From Lama glama (lineage: Eukaryota), in the NCBI GenBank assembly GCA_028534125.1, contig CM052839.1, positions 45,198,001 through 45,262,000 of the forward strand: DNA of 64,000 nt, in the 5' to 3' direction. The translations under genes were made by a program, and so were the position numbers. Shown here in pieces: positions 21,401 to 33,580 of the stretch; within the stretch, counting starts at the first letter, position 1; each line of letters opens with the position of its first letter. The notes below the pieces were generated by a model. The model was not told where the DNA came from, did not search any database, and saw only the letters and a program-made list of their open reading frames with translations.

Positions 21401-24400
21401 AGCCCTCAGCCTCCTCTGCAAGCCTGGGCTCTGCCTGGGGGCTGTCACCCCTACTTACGGCTGCCTCTGTCCAGGGGCAGGTGATGAGGCAGGGGGCAGG
21501 TGCCAGGCCCTCAGCAGGATATAGAGGGGGCAGGCCAAGGCAGCGGCCCAGCTCCTGAGCAGAGGAGGCCCCCTTTGGCCCAAGGAGAGGCTCCCTGAGG
21601 TCGTCTGGGGCCATGGGACGGCCCAGCTCGGGGACAGCCCGCAGTATCTGCCTCACACCGGAGCGGCAGTCCAGGTAGCTGCCTGAACGGCCCAGGCCCC
21701 AGAGCTCCGGTGCTCGGCAGCCGCTGTTGTTGTTGGCCGACACGTTGGAGCTCCAGTGTCTGTGCTGGGCAGCCCTGGGTGCCTCAGCCTCCCCCGGTTG
21801 CTCCCCACCTGGGGACAGCCGGCCCCCGGAGCTCCCTGAGGGGGATGTGCCCAGGGGGTCTTCAAAGAAGGGCGGGCAGAAGGCCCCCACGCCCCAGTCG
21901 GTATCCTCTACTCGGGGCTCTGCCAGCATCAAGGTCCCCGGAGAGGGCGAGCGCGAGGCGCAGGGCAGGTCACGGGCATGGCTCCTGCACGGGTAGTAGT
22001 CACAGTGGCCCCAAGGGCCGCCAAAAGGGGGCGCATGGCCCAGCAGCGGTTCCATGGCCAGCGAGGCGGCGGCACTGCCGTCAGAGTCACCTTCGTGATC
22101 GCTGCCGTCGGGACGCAGGGCCGCAGCGTGGGTGCTGGGGGCACAGCCGGCGCAGTCAGGGTCATGGTCCGTGGCAGGCGTCGGGTCCTCCAGGCGGATG
22201 AAGTACTCACTGCCCACCGACGGGCTGTGCGCGCTGAGCACGGGCACCACGCCAGGGGGTGCGCCGTCGGGGGCGCAGAGCTCCTGCGAGTGCGCAGCGC
22301 CGCCCGGACTCAGTGCGCCCCCGGGCGGCGGGAAGGCCTCGGTGCCGCGGCCTGCCTCCCACTTGTACTCAAAGTTGAGGCCGCGGCTCGTCTCTGTCAC
22401 GGTCAGCACGTCGTCGCCATCCCCGTGGAAGCCGTCGCCGGCAAACTGCTCTAGCAGCGGGAAGGATGAGGTGGCGGCCAGCTCGCCGGCGCCCCCCAGT
22501 GTCAGGCCCGCCGCCCCGGGCCCCGCACCGCCCCCACCGGGCCGTAGTGAGCGCCAGCGCCGCTCGAACTCCTCCTCTGCCTCCGTGGCGCCCTTGGCGC
22601 ACAAGTAGGACAGCAGCAGGTGTACCTCCTCGGCTGTGGGCCGCTGTTCCGGCTGCAGCCAGCAGAACTGCATCACCTCGTACCTGCGGGAAGGGATGCC
22701 CAGGCTCAGGCCCCGCCCCAAGGGGGTCCCGCCCAGCTGGGACCCCGCTACCCCAGAGTGAGCCAGTCTGCCCTCAGCGTGGGGTCAGGGTTCCCCTCCT
22801 CACACCCCAAAGCCCCTGAGGACAGTGAAGGGAATCTCCCGAGGTGGGCCCGGTGGTTTGGGAACATCAGTGTTCAGGACACTTTTCCTTAGATTCTCCC
22901 CGCCCGGACTGCAGGCGAGCTTGTGTTGAGGGTTAAGAAGGTACTTCCATTGTGGGTACAGGGTGGGGCCCAGAGGTCACCCCTGGCCCGGGGGTAGCCA
23001 GGGTGAGCTAGAAACTGAGACCCAGGTAGTCAGGAGGAGCCACCTGTGCCCTGGGAACTGGGAGCACCCCCCCTTTTGTCTCGGCCTTCCTGGTGGGGAC
23101 CCCCACTCGGCCCAGCACCGCGGGGCCTCACCAGCGGTCGGCGAGGCTCAGCTGCAGCTGGGGCTTGGGCAGCCTGAGCTGCTGCTCCCGGACGGCGTAG
23201 GCCAGCACCTGCCGGTCGGAGTGGTGGGGGTAGGGCTGTGCCCCCAGCTCAAAGAGCTCCCAGATGGTCACGCCCAGGGACCTGTGGGGTGACAGCCATC
23301 AGAGGGCTGCCTGGCCAGCGTGCCACTGCTGCACAGGGTCTCAGCTTTAGGTGCCCAGAAGCAGCTCCCATCATGACATCAGCGTCTGGGGACGCCCCTC
23401 CCAAAAGATGGCCCCCTCCTTCAGCCAGCGGGCAGCTGCGCCACGCAGCCAGCCCAAGCCCGTGCCCAGGGTGCCTGGACAAATAAAAGCCCAGCTGGCT
23501 GCCCACAAGCCAAGCCCACCTGTCTGTTCATTTGCTCGTTCGTTCCCTTGCCATGAAGCCGACACTGCCAGGTGCAGGGGCTGCCCTGGAGAAGCCCCCG
23601 TTCCTGCCAGGCACCCCCAGAGGGAGGGGGGAGTCTAGGGACACCCCAGCCAGTGTGAGTGGGCAGGGGGAATGGCTGTGTGGCCAGTGCGCAGGGGGCT
23701 GGGGCAAGGCAACTGGAACCCTTCCAGTGGGTGGTGGCTTCAGCCAACTCCCAGGGAACCCAGGCTGTCCCAGGAGACTGGAGGCACGAGGGACAGATTT
23801 GGCAAGAGAAGTCATGGTGGCCTTAGTCACAGCCATCTGCCCCCGACCACCCACACTACACAGCCCTATGCCCCCACCAGTCGGGACGGTCAGTGAATGG
23901 GGAGGCGGGGACCAGGGGATGGTGTGTCCGTGATGGGGGCACAGGTAGAGACTAAGGGAGGCCACAGAAGGCTCAGGGAGCGGGGCGGGGCCATGGATCC
24001 AGCCCTGAGGGGTCCGTCAGGAGCAGAGGGAGGCCTGGGGCGCTGGGAGGAAGCAGGAGGGGGAAGCAGAGCCACGTCAAGGCCAGGCACGGGACCACCA
24101 TGGCCCAGCCTCTAGAGGCCACAGTACTGGGCCTGAATGTCTGCTCTGTGCCCAGCCTGGTGGCCCCAGGCTGCAGTCACAGGAGACCCCCGGCCCCCAC
24201 AGGCCCCTCTCATGGGAACAGGTGCCACCGCGAGTCCCCATGTCTCACCATACAGCCTGTCACTCCCGGCGGGCTTTCCAGCCTGACCACACCTGACCCT
24301 GACGTCTCCAGGCGTCAGCCCAGCAGGTCCTGGGAGGAGTGGGACTTCCTCCACGGGCCCCCAGGCCCCGCCACCCCACCAACCCAGCTGCCGTGGGCCA

Positions 24401-27400
24401 CTGGCACTGGGCAAGGACAGGTGGCACAAGAGCCCCACGACCCCTCCCAGGGCCAAGTTTGGCCACCTCCTACAGAGCGACAGGGTTGGACAGACCCCAC
24501 GTCATCACACACACGGCCTGGCTTTGAGTGGCCAGCCTGGATGCCCTCTGATGGGAGGAAGCCAGCTGGCAGGTGGGACCCAGCCCCTGGCACCCCCAGC
24601 ACCCCTCGAGCCTGCAGACCCTGCGTCCTCACTGGACACTATCTCAGGCACCAGGCAGGGCCACCGTGAGGTCTGATGGTCGTGAGTGAGAATAAAGTCA
24701 TTGGGTTTTGATGGACCACGTGCTCTCGGGCACCACCGGGACCACGCTCACCACACGTTGCTGGCCTTGGTCTGGTCCACCACCAGCAGGTTGCAGTGCA
24801 CCTCGTCCACCAGCTCGGGCGCGATCCAGCGCAGCGGCACCCACAGCTGGTCAGCGGTCACGAAGTAGTCCTCCTGCGGGCACATGGGACCCCGTCACCC
24901 TGTGGCCCGGCGCCTGCCCTGCGCCCTCAACCCGGCCCGGCCCGGCCCACTCACCCTGTATTTGCCGTGAGACAGGCCGTAGTCGCCGATCTTCACCGTC
25001 AGGTCGGCCGTGAGCAGGCAGTTCCTCAGGGCCAGGTCACTGGGGGTGGGAGGGTGAGGTCAGCCACAGGGCCGGGCTGGGGCATCCAGGGCCCCCAGGG
25101 GGCTGGGCCACTTGTCACCAGTGGCATCCTGGGCTCGGCTCGGTAGGTGGGTGGAAAGGGGCGTCTGAGAGGCTGTCCCCCCACCCCCTGCATGGAGTCC
25201 CAGCCCCTCACCCAGCACTGGGCATCTCAGAGGGTCCACGTGGACGGAGCCTCAAATGTTACAATACAGACAAGGAAAATGAGGCGCAGAGACGGCTAGC
25301 ACACGCCTGGGGCCCTCCGTGGACATGATCTGCCTCACTGGTACCCCCGCCCCTGACCTCAGCCCACTCCCGTTCTCCTCGGACACCAGTCTGCTTGCGT
25401 TGGGGGGTGGTGCAAGCAAGCCAGCCTGGGGGCACTGCAGCCTGCTCCCACCCACCACACTATGGGCCTCAGCTCCAGGGAGACAGGCGTCAGTGGGGAC
25501 ACTGAGGTCCCAAGGGCCCCGGGGCTCCTGCCCCACACTGGGCCCAGGGCAGGGCGTGTGGAGGGCTGAGCTGCAGCCGCGTGATCACCCCGCCACTGTC
25601 TCCCACCCCACCGCTGGCCCCAGCTGCCAGCCTCTCTGCCTTCCTGGTGGCCCTGTGGTGTCGGGGGCCGGGGGCCAGGACAAACGCGGGGGCAGCATAC
25701 ATTGGCCAAGTGCTGCCGTGCTGGGGGCACAGACGGTGCCAGGGGCCGGGAGGGCTCGGCGGGCGGGCGGGCAAGCCAGGTGCTGGCAGCTGCCCTCTTC
25801 AACAAAATCACTGATGCTGGAGTCACATGTGTCATCACTCAGCACCAGGATATTGTTGGGGAGGACGGCCGTGCGGGGTCCGGGGCTGGTGGGGCCACGT
25901 CCATCGCCACTCCTTCTGGCACGCCCCCCTACGCTGGGCACCCTGGCCCGACTCTCCAACTTCAGGGGCTGGGGCGGGAAGCGGGACAGTCAGCCCTCCC
26001 CCGCGGGCGGGCTGGGGCTGGTGTAGGGCCGCCAGGTGGCACTGACCACCTTGGGGACAGAGGATGGCTGGGCCTCAGACCAACAGTGTGGGTCGCTAAG
26101 CTTAACCGTCCATCCGCCTGGTGTTCTTAGTAAGGTCCCTTGCGTGGTGGTCCCAGAGGCTGAACAAGGACTCACCCAGGTAACAGGATTCGCCTCCCGC
26201 GGCCCCAGAGCAGGGGCGGGGGCCGAGCAGTGAGCCCGGGGCTGCCTGTGCCCTCACCTGTGCACGTAGTTGTTGCGATGCAGGTGCAGGACGCCGCAGG
26301 CCACCTCGCAGGCCATGCGCTGCAGGGTCAGAGGGTCGGGCGCCATGGACTCTGCCACCCGGCAGCTCCGCAGGTAGCCCTTGAGGTCGCCCTGCCGAGA
26401 AGGGCAGCGCCGTCACCGCCGGCGGGGAGCGGATGCCCGCGCAAGGCCCCCACCAGCCCCCCGCGCAGGGCCCAAAGCTGCCCAGAGGAGCCCCCGCGTC
26501 TGCCCCAGAGACCAGCTCGCGGCAGAATGACCCTGCAGGTTGGGGGGACCTTCCCCAAACCAGTCAGTGGGGCCACATTCCGCATACGGACCACGGGGGC
26601 CCGGGTGTCACTACCTAACAGCTGTGGGCGGCAGGCAGGCCACACCAGCAGTGGCGCCCAGCCAGGACGGAGCCCAGGACCGGTGACCAGAGGGTCTGCC
26701 GGCAACCCCTGACCTGCTGACACCACCCAGCTCCAAGGAGGGCCCAGAAACCCCAGGAAGCCCCAGGAGGGCACAGCCAGGGCCAGGGGCTCAGAAACCA
26801 GACGGTGGGGGGCCCATGTCTGTGGATGGTACCTCCCTGTTGGGGCTGGAGCTACAGCTGTGGGAGGGGGCCCGAGGGGCCGGCTGCAAGCACAGCGCAG
26901 CCCCGTGACTAAAGCGTGGTGAACGAGGGAGGGGAGCGGGCCTCCCCCGCTGGCCGCACCCCAGGGTGCGGTGGACCCTCAGCCCCAACAGCCACCCTCC
27001 CTAGCGAGGTGGGGTCCCCTCCCTAGGGGGAGTGTGAGGACCCCTAGGTTAGGCCCAGCAAAGGACCCTCTGCAAGGAGGCGGGGGAGACTCACCATGGG
27101 GCAGAACTCCAGCACCAGCAGGTAGGGCGTCACCTCGGCGCACTGGGCCAGGCACTGGAGCAGGTTGCTGTGCTGCAGGGCCCTGCGGGAGCCAACAGGC
27201 TGCCCCCCTGACTCGCACTCGGGGCAGGAGGGGGCGGGCGGGCGGGGAGGGGGGCTGGCTCTGCAGCGGAGGGGAGGAGCCAGACGGCACAGAGCTTGCC
27301 TTTGTTTGCGGGCCGCGCCCCCACCTCCCGGCCAGGCGCCCGCCCCCTCCCGCAGCACCCGTCCCCAGGTTCCACCTACCTGTAGGGCTGCGCCTCCTCC

Positions 27401-30400
27401 AGGAACTGCACCTGCTCCTGCACGCTGGCGCTGGCCTTCAGCTCCTTCACTACCACCTGCGTGCTGCTGATGCCCGAGTTCACCTCCCCCAGGAACACCT
27501 GCGGGCAGGCGTCACCAGGGGGCAGCCTCCACCCTCCTCAGGCTCTGCCCCCGGCCCCTGCCGGTCCTCCCGCTCTGTGCCTCAGTTTACTCGTCTGCAA
27601 AATGGGTCCTGGGACCCTCCTGGGTGGGCCCTCCTGGCTGTGCCACTGTCTCTCAGCGCCTGTCTCCTTAAGGTCCCCAGGTGTTCTCGGCACTCCGGGG
27701 TCCGCAGTGAGGAAGGCCCCGCCGTCCCACCCCGGCTGGTGGCCAGGGAGGAGCCGGCACCAAGGTGCTGCTCCCTGCCCCCACTCCCAGCCCACTCAGA
27801 GGCACATCCTAGTGTGATCCTAGGATCCGCTAAGGGGCTGAGGGACCTTGAGGTCCCCAGGGAGGGGCCCGGCAGGGTGGAGCCTTCAGAGGGAATCCCA
27901 AGGCTGGGGAGCCTCCTAGGAGAAGCAGGTCTCCACCTGCGAGGCAGGACCACGGTGCCAGTCCCTCCCCCACAACCCCAGGATCAGCAGCTCACCTTCC
28001 CGAACCAGCCGTGGCCAATCTCCTCCAGGTACAGGAGGCTGTGCCGGCCCAGGTCTGCGGACTTGAGCAGCTGCACTGTAACAGGGCAGGGGGCTCAGGA
28101 CGCCAGCTTAGCCTCCGTCATTGCCCTGTCTCTCACCCTCACTGGTCCCTCGCAGGGCTGCCTGTGTGGCCCATTCTGGGAAGCCGCCCTGAGCCCCCTG
28201 CTCCCACCGTCAGGAGCAGGTCTGCCACCCAGGGGAACTGGGCACCTGCAAGCCACATCCAGGCATCTTTCTCAGGGGGTCTGGAAAGGCTGTGCCCCAA
28301 GCTACAGGGACAAGCCAGGCAGGAGACAGTGGGGCCTGGAGTCAGGACCGGTGCACGGGCAGCGCTGAGCGGACAGTGTGGCTGAGGCGGAGGCCATCGG
28401 GAGGATGGCAGTGGAGTGGCCTGTACCCCCACCCCGGCCTCGGGCTGGCATTCCAGCGCCAGGCACGCCAAAGGCTCCTTTGTTGGGGGCTGCCTGGCAC
28501 AGCCCCGAACGGAACACACTGAGCCATTCTCCTGCAGGCTGGGCTGGTGAGGTCAGCGGGGAGGAAGGGTCAGTGAAGCCCTGGAGGAAGGGCCAGAGCT
28601 GCTGAGCCCACTCATACCCTGCCTGCGCCCCCAAGGGATTCCCCGAATTCTGCTCCCACGCCAACTTCCTGGAGGGCCCAGGGGCTGGGCTGAGCCTGGC
28701 AGCCAGGGGCCCCGAAGGGTGAGGGGTTGCCCCCAGGGACTGGAGACCCCGGGAATGCTGCCTGGGGCAACGTCGACCTTGGTGCTGAACAGAATTCAGG
28801 GTAAGGGGTCCCGATGGGCCCTAAGTCCTGAGGCTCTTCCCCCTGGGCCCCAGCCTGCTGCTCCCCCTCTGGCCTGGGGTCTCCCCAGGCAGGCTCAGCA
28901 GTCCTGACAATGGACACGGGGGCAGTGATGGAGGTGGAGCGTGCGACTGCCAGCCAACGGCAAAGTGCTCCTTGCAGCTGCAGGAGGCATGGCGGGCCAG
29001 GGGTCCTGAGTCCGCACCCAAGGGGCAGTGCCCACAGAGCCAGGCTGCGGGCCGGGAGACTGTGCCTGGCTGGGCCAACCTCCCCTACAGTTTCAAGGGG
29101 TGACACCTGCTGCCAGCTGGGCCGCCCTCCTCCTAGCATCACCCACAATCCCTCCACTGCCCAGAAGCAGGGTACACTACAAAAAACAGACCAGAGCTGA
29201 AAAATGGAAGAAAACAGGCCATCACTGCCTTCTTCTGTGTCCCTAATCCCCAGGGACAGCCCCCTGAGGGGAGAGAGAAGCTGAGTCTCCAAGATTCTTT
29301 GGCACATACACTGCCGGGGTGGGTGACAGGCCCAGGCCGCGGTGCCCCCTGGGGTGCCCCATCTCCACACCAGCTCCTAGTGTCCAGCAAAGTAAGCACA
29401 GGCTCAGTCGCCCACTGGAAGGTTGGGGGCCTCCTACAGAGGAGCCCCCACTTCCAGAGTTCCATGGGTATTCCTTTGAGCCACTTAACAGGAGGAGCCC
29501 TGGGCCCTGAAATTCCTGCCTCGTTAATTGGTGAGGTCTCCTCCAGGAGACACTGGTGGGGTTGGGGGGATGGTGAGAAGCAACGCTCATTGGAGCCCTG
29601 GGCCCGGCAGCTGGTGGTCCCCTAGGTCTGCTCTGGGGGCTCAGACCACTGCCTTGGGGTCCCCCAGCCCATGATGAAGGCTGGACTCCCCGGTGGGCAG
29701 CATCACGCTCAGGGCCTGGTGAGGCCCAGATTAGAAGCAGGCGAGGAGCAGACCTGCTCATCCCCATGGTAACAGGCCCTGGTGCCGACAGAGCCCCAGC
29801 AGGGCCTGACACCCCTCTCAGTGCTCCCAGAGGAGCCTTGCCTAGGAGCTGCCAGGGAAGGGGCCGGGGGCCTGAGGCCTGGTGAACCGCCCCCCCCCCA
29901 GGCTCCAGACACAACCAGGGGTTCCTGCAGTGCAGGCATCAGGCAGGTGTGGGTTCAAAGCCCAGCTGGACGACTGATCTGTCCAGCCTCTGGGGCTCTG
30001 GCCCCGTGTCTGCCACGTGGGGAGCCAGCCTGGTGGGGGGCCCTGGGATGGGGCTAACGGGAGACATGACAAGGAAGACATGAAAAGAGGCCCCGCCTGC
30101 ACCTGCAACCTGCAGGCACAGGGGACCAGGGCCCCTCCTGCCCCGACCCCAGGGTCCTGAGTGAAAGGCCCATTCACAGCCCTGCCCACAGAGGTGGCCC
30201 CTCCCCGCAGTGGGTGGCCTTGGGCACAATGGAGCCCACGTCCACGTCCAGGGTCAAGCATCCCAGGGACCATGGAGAAGCCCCTCCTCCCAGCACACGG
30301 GTGCCTGTACCAGGACCGGAGGGAGCAACGCCCACCCCCTTTGCATGCAGCCCCAAGCGGGGGGGGACTGTCCCCGGGCTTGCTCACCGCGCCCCAGGTC

Positions 30401-33400
30401 CCAGCAGAAGGGGGCCCAGACCAGCCCCCTGGCTGCCCTCCCCAGGAGCACAGGCCCCCAAGCGGCACCCCACCCATCTCCGGGGCCCCCTGGGGGCCAC
30501 TCACCTGACCGCCCTGGCTGCTTGGCCATGGGCAGGGAGACCTCGGTGAGGGGCAGGACATACACGTCGGGTCCGCTCGGAGCCGCCGCCGGGGAGCCCT
30601 GTGCCGAGAAGCCGGCCGGGTACCCTTCCCCCTCGGCATTCTCAAACTCCTGGGCCAAACGGGCGACACACAGGGTGAGCTCCAGGCTCCCGAGATGGGG
30701 AGGGTCGGGGTGCAGGCTAGGCTCTGAAAGGCCCCTTTCTTCCCAGGGCCCAGCTCCCACCGGCACCCCTGCCAGCTGCCCCCACCACCTACCTCCTCGC
30801 TCCTCAGGGTGGAGAACAGAACCTACCCCTAGCCACCCCCTCCAGGGACACCAGCTGCCCCAGGAGGGCGGGGTTTGGTTTGTGCTGGTTGGGGGGGTGC
30901 CCTGAGCCATGAGTCCCCGGGCAGCAGTGCCTCCCCAGCCTCAGCTCATCCACGCCCATCCCTGCGGGGGGAAGGGCCGGTGCTGGTGCCACACTGGCAG
31001 GGGGTGGTGCGGGGCTGGAGGCAAGAGACCAGGAGGCTGAGGCCAGCTGACCCCGCCCATCCAGAGTCAGGCCCCAACTCCTCTCAGCACCCCCAACTCC
31101 CAGCAGCCTTCACCCAGCGGGACGTGCCCGTGGCCCCCTGCTGGGGGGGCACTCACCTCCAAGTCACAGCTGGGGATTGAGAACAGGGGCTCCACCACGC
31201 CACCCACCCTGCCCCAGTGGTCAAGTGATCAGGTGCCCCCGCCCCTCCTGGACAAGGAGCATTCCTGGGGGCACCTCCCCATCTTTACCCCCGGCCGGCA
31301 CTGCCACCTACCACAGCGCCCCTGACCTTGACCCAGGCCAGCAGGCGGTCATCGACCCCCTGGGCTCCTTGAGAGCCTGGCCCTGGGCACTGGGGCTGGC
31401 CCCACCTGGCCGGGCTGCTGTTTTGAAATGCAGCTGCCACACCTGTCTGAGGAAGCCCCCTCCTGAGCTGAAGACCAAGTCAGCCCAAGAAACCCTGGGT
31501 CGGAAGCGGAGCCATAGTAACAAGGCCGTGGGCCCATCTGGCCCCACAGCCCACTGCCAGGTGGGAAGCAGACCCGAGCGCTCCAGGGACTTCCAGGAGC
31601 TGCAGCGGGCCAGCCCTGTGGACCCTCCTTCCCCAGGCCTCAGTCTTCTCAGCTGCAAGAGAGGCTGGGAGCCCTCTGCGGTGTCCCTGCAGGCCGGTTC
31701 CAGTCTGTACCCAGAAAGGACAGAGCCACTGGGGACAGGGCCTGAGTGCCTCCCATCCCCAAGGCCTGGCAGGCCACCCTGCTGCCCTGTAAGCCCAGCT
31801 GCAGAGGACACACGCCCGCCCACCCCGACCAGGGTCCGGCCCTGGCCCCAGCCCATTACCTGACAGTGCCCCCTGGAGGCCCGCGGGATTGAGCCAGCAC
31901 AGCGGGCGATCAGGTAAGACAGTGTGAGCATCGCCGCCCAGCCCCTCCCCCAGCACAGCTCCGGCCCCCAGGGCCTAGGCAGGAGGCTGCCAGGCAGGCC
32001 CTCCCACCAAGGCGCACTGGTGCTGGAATGTTCCAGCACCATGTCCCCCAGGAGGTGAGGAGGGCGCTGGTAGGAGGGTTGGCACTGGCCCCTGTTTGGG
32101 GCCTTGTTCTCTCAGGGCCCTGAGGAGGGGCTGACTTATACAATGGCCACAAGCCCCACCCTGAGCCCCCGCCCCACCGCAGCACCCCCACAACCTCGCC
32201 GCTCTGGCCCCGGCATCCTGCCAGCCTTGCCTGGCCCAGTGCACTGCGGGCCCGCAGGCCAGGGAGGCCGGCTCGCCACGGCCGGGCGCGAGGACACCTG
32301 AGACCACAGCCCTGCTGCCCAAGCTCTCAGCTTCCCTGGCCGACCCCTCGGAGGGCTCCGGGAGGACGGCCCTGCCGTGAAATGCACCAAAGCCACCTTC
32401 TTAAAAGGCAAGTCCCAGGCAGCTGCCAGCTCCCCTGGCCCCTCTGTGATGAGGTGCACCAGCGGGCGAGGACAAGCACTGTTTCTCTAAAACGGGGGTG
32501 ACGCCACTATGTGGGTCACGGAGCGTGGACACGAAAGGGGCGCTGTGCTGGGCCCAGGGCAGCCCCCTGCCAAGCTTGCCAGGCCCAGGAATCTGACCTC
32601 CAGCCCAGGGCAGGGCTGACGAGTGGGCGGGAGAATGACCAAGGCCGGCTGCTATGTGCTACATCGGCAGAACACGGCCCACGGGGCTGGGGGCGGGGGC
32701 TCCGGTTGGGGTCCTCAGATCCCAGCTTTCTCTCCTGGTCCTCCCCACTCAAAGTTGCAGCTGGATGTGGGGGACAGCCACAGGTGCTTGCAGAATTGGC
32801 GAACAGCACCCCAGTGGATGCCCCTCGGCCATCCTCAGGAGGAGCACCTCAGCCCTGGAACCAGCCCAGGACAACCCCGGGAGCTTAGCCCTGGGAGGGC
32901 AGCCTAAGAGAAGGCAGACCCCGCATCTAGCAGTGTGAAAAAGAGGACAATGACCGCTCCTGCTGCCCCATCCCCCCATTCCTATGAGGCACACGGTCCC
33001 TTCCTCGGGGGGCAGGAAATGTCCAAAGACTCCAGCTGGCCACGTGTTTTTGGTGCCAGGAAGTCTAAGCGACTTTGGCTTCCCTTGTGAGTCTGAAGAG
33101 CAGGGACTCGAGGACCCCCTGGGCATAGAGCCCGGCCCACACAGGCCCAGGGGCTCTGGCAGCCCCTCAAGGCCCATCCTCGCTGTCCTGGGGTGCTTGA
33201 CCCATGCACCGAACACAGAGGTCTGACCTGAAGCTGGCACATGAGGCCATGCCACCCTAGGGGGACCCAGCATGGGGGAGGCAGAGGGCAGGGCTCCTGA
33301 GAGCCCCCGACTGCAGAGGCGGGGCTGTGGGAACCCCAGTCGGGTCCCTACGGTCCCCAGGAGGGAGGGGAGCCCAGTGCTGAGTGGACAGCAGAGGGCC

Positions 33401-33580
33401 GGCCCTCGGTGCCCCGTCCACAGCCCCCTCAGTCCCCAGCCCTCACCTTGAACCCGATGCCGCCCTTCTTACAGCACAGGCAGGCCAGCATGAAGGCGAT
33501 GACCGTGAAGAGCCCGGAGAAGGACACCGCCACCACGGACAGGGAGGACGACCAGGAGAGCTCGCTGAGCGGGGCGCCGT
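18414..33580 (-). CDS. AATK: AATK / LMTK1 kinase, exons 2-14
   Basis: 13 exons with GT/AG sites and matching phases; motifs GHGWFG, VVVK, HSDLALRN, DYG, WIAPE; C-terminal KAVSF (PP1 RVxF) and RFxV/I motifs. With exon 1 (54689-54743) the CDS sums to 4128 nt, 1375 aa. Confidence 0.98.
19452..19631 (-). CDS. AATK: AATK exon 13
   Basis: ttacag|GCAGAGGG...GGGAG|gtgagg; RGFEWD...[23 protein letters not shown] (180 nt). Confidence 0.94.
19800..19947 (-). CDS. AATK: AATK exon 12
   Basis: ctccag|GAAAGT...GAAGAGG|gtgagc; [19 protein letters not shown]... (148 nt). Confidence 0.94.
20037..22683 (-). CDS. AATK: AATK exon 11 (2647 nt; end of kinase domain and long disordered tail)
   Basis: Inside the 921-aa ORF; [15 protein letters not shown]...[14 protein letters not shown]...[18 protein letters not shown]; ccgcag| and |gtgggc boundaries. 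Confidence 0.98.
23132..23281 (-). CDS. AATK: AATK exon 10
   Basis: [50 protein letters not shown] (150 nt). Confidence 0.96.
24752..24873 (-). CDS. AATK: AATK exon 9
   Basis: [41 protein letters not shown] (122 nt). Confidence 0.96.
24955..25039 (-). CDS. AATK: AATK exon 8 (catalytic loop and DYG motif)
   Basis: [28 protein letters not shown] (85 nt). Confidence 0.96.
25791..25868 (+). ncRNA. MIR3065: pre-miR-3065, antisense mirror of miR-338 (5p about 25799-25821, 3p about 25839-25861)
   Basis: Plus strand TCAACAAAATCACTGATGCTGGA ... TCAGCACCAGGATATTGTTGGGG; expression in this species cannot be shown from sequence. Confidence 0.8.
25797..25861 (-). ncRNA. MIR338: pre-miR-338 hairpin in AATK intron 7 (5p arm 25836-25857, 3p arm 25800-25821)
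   Basis: Minus strand reads AACAATATCCTGGTGCTGAGTG ... TCCAGCATCAGTGATTTTGTTG, the known miR-338-5p and -3p sequences, in the expected host intron. Confidence 0.97.
26258..26391 (-). CDS. AATK: AATK exon 7
   Basis: [45 protein letters not shown] (134 nt). Confidence 0.96.
27095..27182 (-). CDS. AATK: AATK exon 6 (hinge/gatekeeper)
   Basis: [29 protein letters not shown] (88 nt). Confidence 0.96.
27380..27498 (-). CDS. AATK: AATK exon 5 (catalytic lysine, alphaC helix)
   Basis: [40 protein letters not shown] (119 nt). Confidence 0.96.
27996..28075 (-). CDS. AATK: AATK exon 4 (Gly-rich loop)
   Basis: [27 protein letters not shown] (80 nt). Confidence 0.96.
30505..30649 (-). CDS. AATK: AATK exon 3
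   Basis: [20 protein letters not shown]...[21 protein letters not shown] (145 nt). Confidence 0.96.
33447..33580 (-). CDS. AATK: AATK exon 2 (transmembrane helix; internal Met of [11 protein letters not shown] at 33489-33491)
   Basis: cggcag|ACGGCGCC...TTCAAG|gtgagg; [44 protein letters not shown] (134 nt). Confidence 0.96.

Noticed and set aside
24965-24990. DYG in place of the kinase DFG motif
   Set aside because: Normal for the LMTK family, not a lesion.
25040-33446. miR-657 and miR-1250, annotated in human AATK introns
   Set aside because: I could not recognise their mature sequences here; they are thought to be primate-restricted.
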